DNA of 64,000 nucleotides from Kudoa neothunni (Eukaryota; Animalia; Cnidaria): NCBI GenBank assembly GCA_964304625.1, contig OZ199839.1, positions 6,414,690 to 6,478,689 of the forward strand, read 5' to 3'. Shown piece by piece: positions 52,290 to 64,000 of this stretch (position 1 is its first letter; each line of letters starts with the position of its first letter). The notes under the pieces were generated by a model. It saw only the letters and a program-made list of their open reading frames with translations, ran no database searches and was not told where the DNA came from. The position numbers and the translations under genes were made by a program.

Positions 52290-54960
52290 AAACGAGTTTT
52301 AGTTTTTTGATAAATTTCTGGTCGTATTGAGAAAGGCGAAGGTGATTTGTAAGATAAATTTTAAGGCAGTGGCTATTGCTACGGATCCGTATAATCCGCA
52401 TGTGGGGGTTATCTGTTGCTGCTGAAGGGAGTAACTCCAAATCTACAAACTCACATAAAATTTGAAATTTATATTTGTAATCAATGATTTTTGGCCTAAC
52501 ATAATTAACTGTTTTAGAGAAAATTTGAGCTATTGAAAAATACAACATTATTATAAGGACTTTTGGATTAAAAATAGCTTTAGCTCACCTTATTAACGTT
52601 TAATAAAATTAATATGCAAAATTTTGCACGTAAAATTAGTTAATAAGGAGAATACATGAATGGAATAAATAATTTTAGTTTCTTTTAATATGAGCGTGTG
52701 CCAAGAAACGTTTTTAATTTTGTGGCGACTGCTCACTTATTTTAGATGGGCGGCATATTTATATAATTTGAAAATTTAAAACAGTGAGGTAGTAAATTAT
52801 TAGTTTACGAAAAGTATTAAGCGCAAGAGTTGGAAATATTGTATTAGACTGATTATGATACAATTTTTGTGCTCAAATAAAACTTTTTTTAAATAAACAG
52901 TTAGTATATTATTTGTTTATGTTTTATTCTCGAAAAAGAAATGACTGTTGGCCTACGTTCTTTAGGTCATCCGATTGCTTTCACTCTCAGTGGGAATGAT
53001 AACCCTAACTAATATTCGGTAACATTTTAATGATTTTATTTCAAGAATCAGTTTTTATGTCGTATTATTTTGGACTAACTTCCTTTGAAATATTTGTATT
53101 ACACAAAGTTTACAGGTAAAAAATGGGTATTTGAAGAGACGATTCTCAAAAATTCCCTTATTTTATGTTCTCAACCGTAACAACGATACATAAGTTTACA
53201 TTCAAAATAGGGAAGGATTATAAAATTTGTTCCAAGAAGCCATAAATGCCTGCATGAATTTTTTCGTACAAAATGCACGCATAAGTTATGCGAAATTCTC
53301 AAATAGGATCGTTAACAACAGTTAAATACAAGGGTGCACTAATAAGAATACCAGTTGTGGAATTTATCTAAAATATCTGATTTTACAATCACTGCGAGTT
53401 CGAAAGTTTATGTATTGCTTTCGTTAGCACAAATTTTCAACGAAATTGAAGAGTTAATCGCATTAGGTGATCAACCAAAAATGTTGGAGTACCAAAATTA
53501 TTGTCTTCTTTTTAGTTTTAACATCAATTAATATTATGAGTTGACATACTGATAGTCTTAAATACATCCATGTTGGTTATTACTACTGTTTTCACGATGT
53601 GTAGAGATTTCGCTGTGATATTTTTACTCGTTTCATGGCATAACATTCTTTGTATATGATTTTTATTAGATCCAAGTGATACTAATTAAAAAAGATGATT
53701 ATCCGAGAAATCGACTTTTTGTTGCTGAGGTAGATATTTGTATATCGAAGCATTACAAAGATGATTATGTATCATATTTAAGAATATGATTATGAAAAAT
53801 ATTCCATATCGTTACTAATTAAAAAAATAATACTAGAGAGGCAGTTACCTCTATATGTTGAGATTTCTGTTACTTTAAGCTTTCTTTTTTATAGAGAGTC
53901 GAATAGAATACAAACTTTATTTTGTAGTAAATTAAAGCTTCATTAAAATATTTTAGAATTTTATACTGGAAATTTTGTATTTTTCGCTATTCCCTCATTT
54001 TTATTTTGTAGGGAAAAAGATGTTCATAACGATTAATATGACTTTTTAATGAGTTATACGAGTCAGCTTTCAATCCAGGAGAGGATTCCATCGTACAAAT
54101 GACGCTACAATGAATAGTTTGATTCCCACACAGGTTACTGTAATCAAGAATACAAAAAGTGTTTCCTTCTATTTTGGACATTAATTTTAGATAACGCATT
54201 AGAGTAAAATTTATGTTTGTTTTAATTATTATGTTATAAAACTAATAATTTATCTATATTTGTAGTAAAACATTTAAGAAGATAGAATTATGCTCATCGC
54301 TATTTAAATGAAATGCACACTGTAAGCTTTTATATTCATTTTAACTATAAAATTAAACATTACTTTAAATATATTTACTGAATTCACTACATAGAATGCT
54401 CTAATCGTTTTCTACGAATAGCGGTAATACTTAATATACTTTGTAGATATGTAATGATACATATAAATATAATCTATAAACCAAATATATATATATATAT
54501 ATATAACAAATACAATTATTTAATTTTATAACAGCATAATTAAGCATATTTTAACAGATTACATTAGCTGAGCTAGATTGAACATATTCGGTACAAACAG
54601 AGGTAATAGGGTGGACGTTTTTATACATAAACCACAATGTCTGGTATTTGTTTTTTAGATAAAGAAACCTTTATTAGTTCGAAATTAAAATATTTATTTA
54701 GCATTACTCATAACAAAACGTAAAACACGAAATTTATAGTCACAATAATAGAAATTTCAATAGCTCAAATTTTCCCCCAAACAGTCAATTATGTAATTAT
54801 GTTAGGCCAAAAATCATTGATTAAAATATAAATTTCAAATTTTATGTCAGTTTGTAGATTTGGAGTTATTTCGTCCCGTAGCAACAGCCAGTGCCAAATT
54901 TTAATCCCCAATGTCAGCTTCGCATGCGTGCCGGTAGATTTTTATTCAGAAACTTTTACT
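52290..54960. repeat. Long diverged inverted repeat pair (about 52290-52560 and 54745-54960), possibly an old TIR transposon
   Basis: CAAATCTACAAACTCACATAAAATTTGAAATTTATATTT..AATCAATGATTTTTGGCCTAACATAATTA recurs as its reverse complement at about 54795-54865. Confidence 0.65.
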
Positions 54961-55785
54961 TACTAACTGTATACAGATTTATTTTTTTAGAATTGGTATT
55001 TTTCATTGTTTATGACCCGCCGCTTCGCTTTTAAAGGCATAAATAATATAATGTAGTCTAAATTAGTGACACTTAAATATTTTTTAAGGCGTAAATAATC
55101 ACTTTCATTGAAAAAATTTTTCGTAAAATTATTCCTAATTAAGTAAAAATATAGATATAGATAGACCCATTTATTCTAGTGTAATATTTGTGAATGAATT
55201 TATTTTTGTTTTAAACTCATCACTCACAACAAATCCACTTTTAGTATAAAAAATAATTGAAAGCTATCATTTACGAGGTCATAAATATCACAATAAATGC
55301 AGAACGAGTGATAAAAATTTTACTTCGACCAATTATTGTTTTATAAACTCAAAGATGAAATTTTTCAGAATTAATCTCAAAATCAATATAAAAATGTAAC
55401 GCTAATTACAAAAAATGTCGCTTTTCAACCGAATGAGGTTATGCTATGTACTCCGGTATAAAGAAAGGTTTTAACATTTATTTATTTTTTTTTGAATCAC
55501 ACTGACAAATCATTTTATTCTTTTAAATGAATTGATTGTAGACGAAATCCCCAACATGAATCGGATTAATAAACTGTGTGTACAAATGCATGGATTTATT
55601 GAAGTCATTGCATCAAATAACTACCTGTGATATCCAAAGTTCTACTTTCCAAACTCTATAAAAAAAATCAATCAAATATATGCCTTATTTAATTACACAA
55701 AACTAAATTATTTACATAAACGATCTAAGGAAAATGTATTTTTATTCCATATTCCAATAGAACGTTAACATCATTCTCAATATTA

Positions 55786-56754
55786 CAGTAAGTAACCAAT
55801 TTCACGCACTTTTTAATAACCTATTTAGTTGGAATATTGATTGGTCATTGGTTAAATAATATTTTTCTTATAATATTTCAATCAAAATTTGTATAAAAAT
55901 TATTTTAAAAAGCTGCCATATGACATAACCAAAAATCACGTGATCGACAAATACCACCCACCCACCCACCACTTTTTGGAGTACTTCTTGTTTATTATTT
56001 AGTTGAGTCAATATTTAACGCCAAAAAATCCTATAACTATAATTATTGCCGAAAAGTACAATATTTCTAATTATTATGAAAATCTTCAATCTAATGACCC
56101 AAAAGCTGCCACTGTATCACTTTTTAAAATATCTATTATCTCGACTCCTAATGGCATCCTAGAGACGAAAAATAAAATAATCAAAACCAATAAATGCTTT
56201 TAGAATCTAAAAATAGAAATTATTTGCATGCAGGGCAATTTAATTCTGTTGATGAAGATGTATATGAGTGGAATAGGTGGACACGAAGCAGAAAGATTGT
56301 AGTAAGCGTCGTCACGATAATCATCAGGAGGAATCAATTAGCCAAAGAAAAGATTTACCTTCATATGCAATTGTGCAATTCGTGGAGGGTTTCGTTGTTT
56401 AAAAAAATCCCACATAAAAAATCAAATTTTATTAGCCAATCTGCTGATGCTACACCTGAAACTACTTCAGAATACACAAATCAAATCAGAACATTTTTAA
56501 AAGATACTCTGGAAATTTTATTTACAGTGTAAACGAAACTGCCTTATTCTACTGATAACAACAAGAAGAATACTTCATAGATCGTTAAAAATTTATATAT
56601 AGTTAACTAGTCTTTATAAACACAATTTAATCATTATTAAATGCCAATTTTTTCTGAGATAAGTGCGTACGTAAGTGCGTGAAGTTGGACGTGACCGGTT
56701 TTACGCACTTTTTTCTTTGTCCCGAGGGGATTACGTGAAATTGTTTTCTTACTG
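55786..56754 (+). mobile_element. pogo/Tigger-like (Tc1/mariner superfamily) internally deleted element
   Basis: TA-CAGTAAGTAACCAATTTCACG ... CGTGAAATTGTTTTCTTACTG-TA. Relic CENP-B-like HTH (FNSVDEDVYEW..R) and ..IYSVNETALF. Confidence 0.78.
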
Positions 56755-58315
56755 TATTATGAAAAGCTGTAGCACCATTTTATTACAATTTAAATGGGAT
56801 TCCAACGATTTATAATTGACAAGTTAACTTCATATTTTATCATTTAAATAAAAAATTTTGAATGCCACGGCAATAAATAAAATGTTAAAAGATTATTACT
56901 TATTTCATTTTCTTTCTTTTATAATAAATTATTTGTAAATAAAAAAAAATTATTTTATCAGAACCAAGTCAGCATAAAAAACTTCAAAAAATATTTTTAT
57001 AAATACCAATTTTCTATAATCAATTCAAATTTGATCAAGAAATCTTATTTCATTTATTAAATATATAATCTTTTTTAATTAATGTCCAAAAAATATTTAT
57101 AAATAATTGATTCAAGCTATAATTGGTTTTAATACAACAAAGATTAAGAAAAATAATATCATTTAAATAACAAAAATAACGATCTTTAAAGACTCTAAAT
57201 TGAAGAATGATAAATGCGTTATCTCTCCAAAAAACGTTGAACTAGATAAGTATACGGATGATTTTTATCACGTAGTTGTAAATTAATTGGCTTATGCGTT
57301 AAAGCAGGTCTATTATTAGAAATAAGTCCCTAAAATTTGAGTCATGAAAAAAATCATAACAAAATGAGATTTTATAATTTATTATGTCAATTAATGTACT
57401 ACATTTATTATTAAATTAATTTTTATAGTAATATTCAAACTTTTAATTTTCTACATTATGCTGGAAATTTTTGTCAATTCTTCTTCAACCACATAAAATT
57501 CAATCTTTATTGCATGTTAACGGAAGTTTAATTCACAATTAAGTTTAATAGACATGTGTATTAAATTATTTACCTGCACCAATACGTATCGTTCAGATTT
57601 ATTGTACATGCCTAAGTCCACATATATTATTTCATGTTTAAAATCACGAAAAAAGTAATTTAGCTATATTTTGAAATGAAATAATATTAATTTGACTAAT
57701 AATGGATTATTTCTACTTAATAGGAATTTTAATAATCCATGGTATTTGTTAATACTCACTTAATAATGTCTAAACCGGTTATAATGTAAATAAAACGAAG
57801 CATCCAAAATCTTTAACTTAATTAGAGAAAATACTTTTATTTTAGTTTTTAACTTCTCTAATGGATATACACTACAACATCAAAAAATTGATACGCTAAC
57901 AAACTTAAAATGTCATTGGGAACTCAAATCAATTCCAATCTGATTCGATTAATCCAATACACAACATTACTACACATTAATAAAACACCACAGTCACCAG
58001 CTATATAAAACCTGGGACTTAATACGGTATAATCCGATTTTAATCGCCTCTCCGGTGAATTGAAACTATTTAATCATCATTTTAATATTTAAAAGTAAAA
58101 ACAGCATTGTAAATTTTCCCTGAATATCTTTAGAATGATTGATTATTTAATTTCAAAAAATTTGAAATTAATTAAGAATTAAAGTCTATCAAAAACGATT
58201 ATTATTAAGGGTCAGATTTTATTAGGAGGGATTACGTTGGCGTACGATTGGCATCGAAAGATAATAGTTTTTTATAAAAATTGTTTCGGCCAACTCTTCA
58301 TCAATCAGTAAACTG

Positions 58316-62992
<4,677 letters not shown>

Positions 62993-63734
62993 TAGCCCAT
63001 CTTTCTATCTGTGTATGTTTCGAAAGGTCGTCAACCAATTCAACACTCACATTGTAGTAATAGGTTCTGATTTGTAGTATCATTAAAGCCTGAATATTTT
63101 GTAATATTTTCGTTGGAATGCCTTTTTTTGTGACGAATAAATTAAACATATATGTTATATGTAGGAGCTAGATATTTTTAAAACAAATCCCTATTGCGCG
63201 ACTTATTTCCATTGAGTCCAGTCCAGGGTTCACCGTAGTACGGCCTCTGACGCATTCAATACGACCGCGGTGTCCCCCAACACGGGGCGTCCAAACCTTG
63301 GGTTTTCTCCAAGATCATGAGATTTTTTGTTTATTTACAAAACTTTTAGATTATTGAATTCTTTGAGACCATTTTAAAAATGATATGTTTTAGAATTAGG
63401 TAGAATAATCATATTTATTGCTTTTATAATAGAGAGAATTAAAATTATTCGAAATTTTAAAAAAGTATCATGGGCGTCGTCGGCAACTCGCTGTTTTCCG
63501 ATTCTTGAATAATTATTATTTAATCAATTATTCTCATTATTCTGTGATTGCATTTGGATATTTCAACTCCGCCTTAAAATTTTATAGCTTTGTTAATAGC
63601 ATATTTTGAAGTTATTGACGTATATTATTTTAAAGTATGCGTGGAATTTCAAACGGAGCTCTAAAAAGCTTAGTATAATATGAGCTTCAATCAAGATTGA
63701 TTAAAAGTAGATTTTAAATATTGGCCTGATCAAG

Positions 63735-63860
63735 ATGCTAAGGACAACAATTTCAGCTATTGCAAATGTTGAACGAATTTATTCATTAATGAACACAGTA
63801 AAAACTAAACAAACTAACTCATTAAAGGCTGAAATCGTAAAATGTAAACTTATCTCAAAG
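63735..63860 (+). pseudogene. hAT transposase dimerisation-domain relic
   Basis: ISAIANVERIYSLMNTVKTKQTNSL matches the hAT C-terminal S-x-x-ER-x-FS-x-M..K.RN.L pattern. Confidence 0.65.
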
Positions 63861-64000
63861 CATTTGATCAGAAGTAATAATAATAATACATGGATGACGT
63901 CGCATCCAACAAATAAACTAATACATGATGTTCAAGCGGGGTTATTAGCCAACGATAACTTGAGCGCTTGAAAAATAGATCAAGCTTCTTAACTGAGGGT

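Overview
AT-rich eukaryotic DNA (roughly one quarter GC by eye) with many short GT-AG introns (about 30-70 nt), so the six-frame ORF track is mostly fragments or noise and I spliced genes by hand. Conserved genes look animal-type: the 3' part of a BIG/Sec7 ARF-GEF (+), an MTBP-like gene (-), RPL17 (+) and a Hippo/MST kinase with a SARAH domain (+). The compact introns and secreted-protein content suggest a reduced, possibly parasitic animal, which is inference only. The main discovery is almost invisible in the ORF track: eight small secreted saposin-like (SAPLIP) genes, seven in tandem on the minus strand at 4.6-21.1 kb and one on the plus strand at 42.3-42.9 kb. All share a 4-exon architecture (intron phases 1,0,0) but are highly divergent; one lacks a disulfide pair and one carries a homopolymer frameshift. 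Nearby are a secreted five-Kunitz-domain protein with mostly disulfide-depleted domains and a type I membrane protein built from Cys-decorated FN3-like modules. There is also a candidate U18-family C/D snoRNA and many DNA-transposon relics (piggyBac, hAT, pogo, Merlin/ISXO2, MULE, possible Helitron and SINE).
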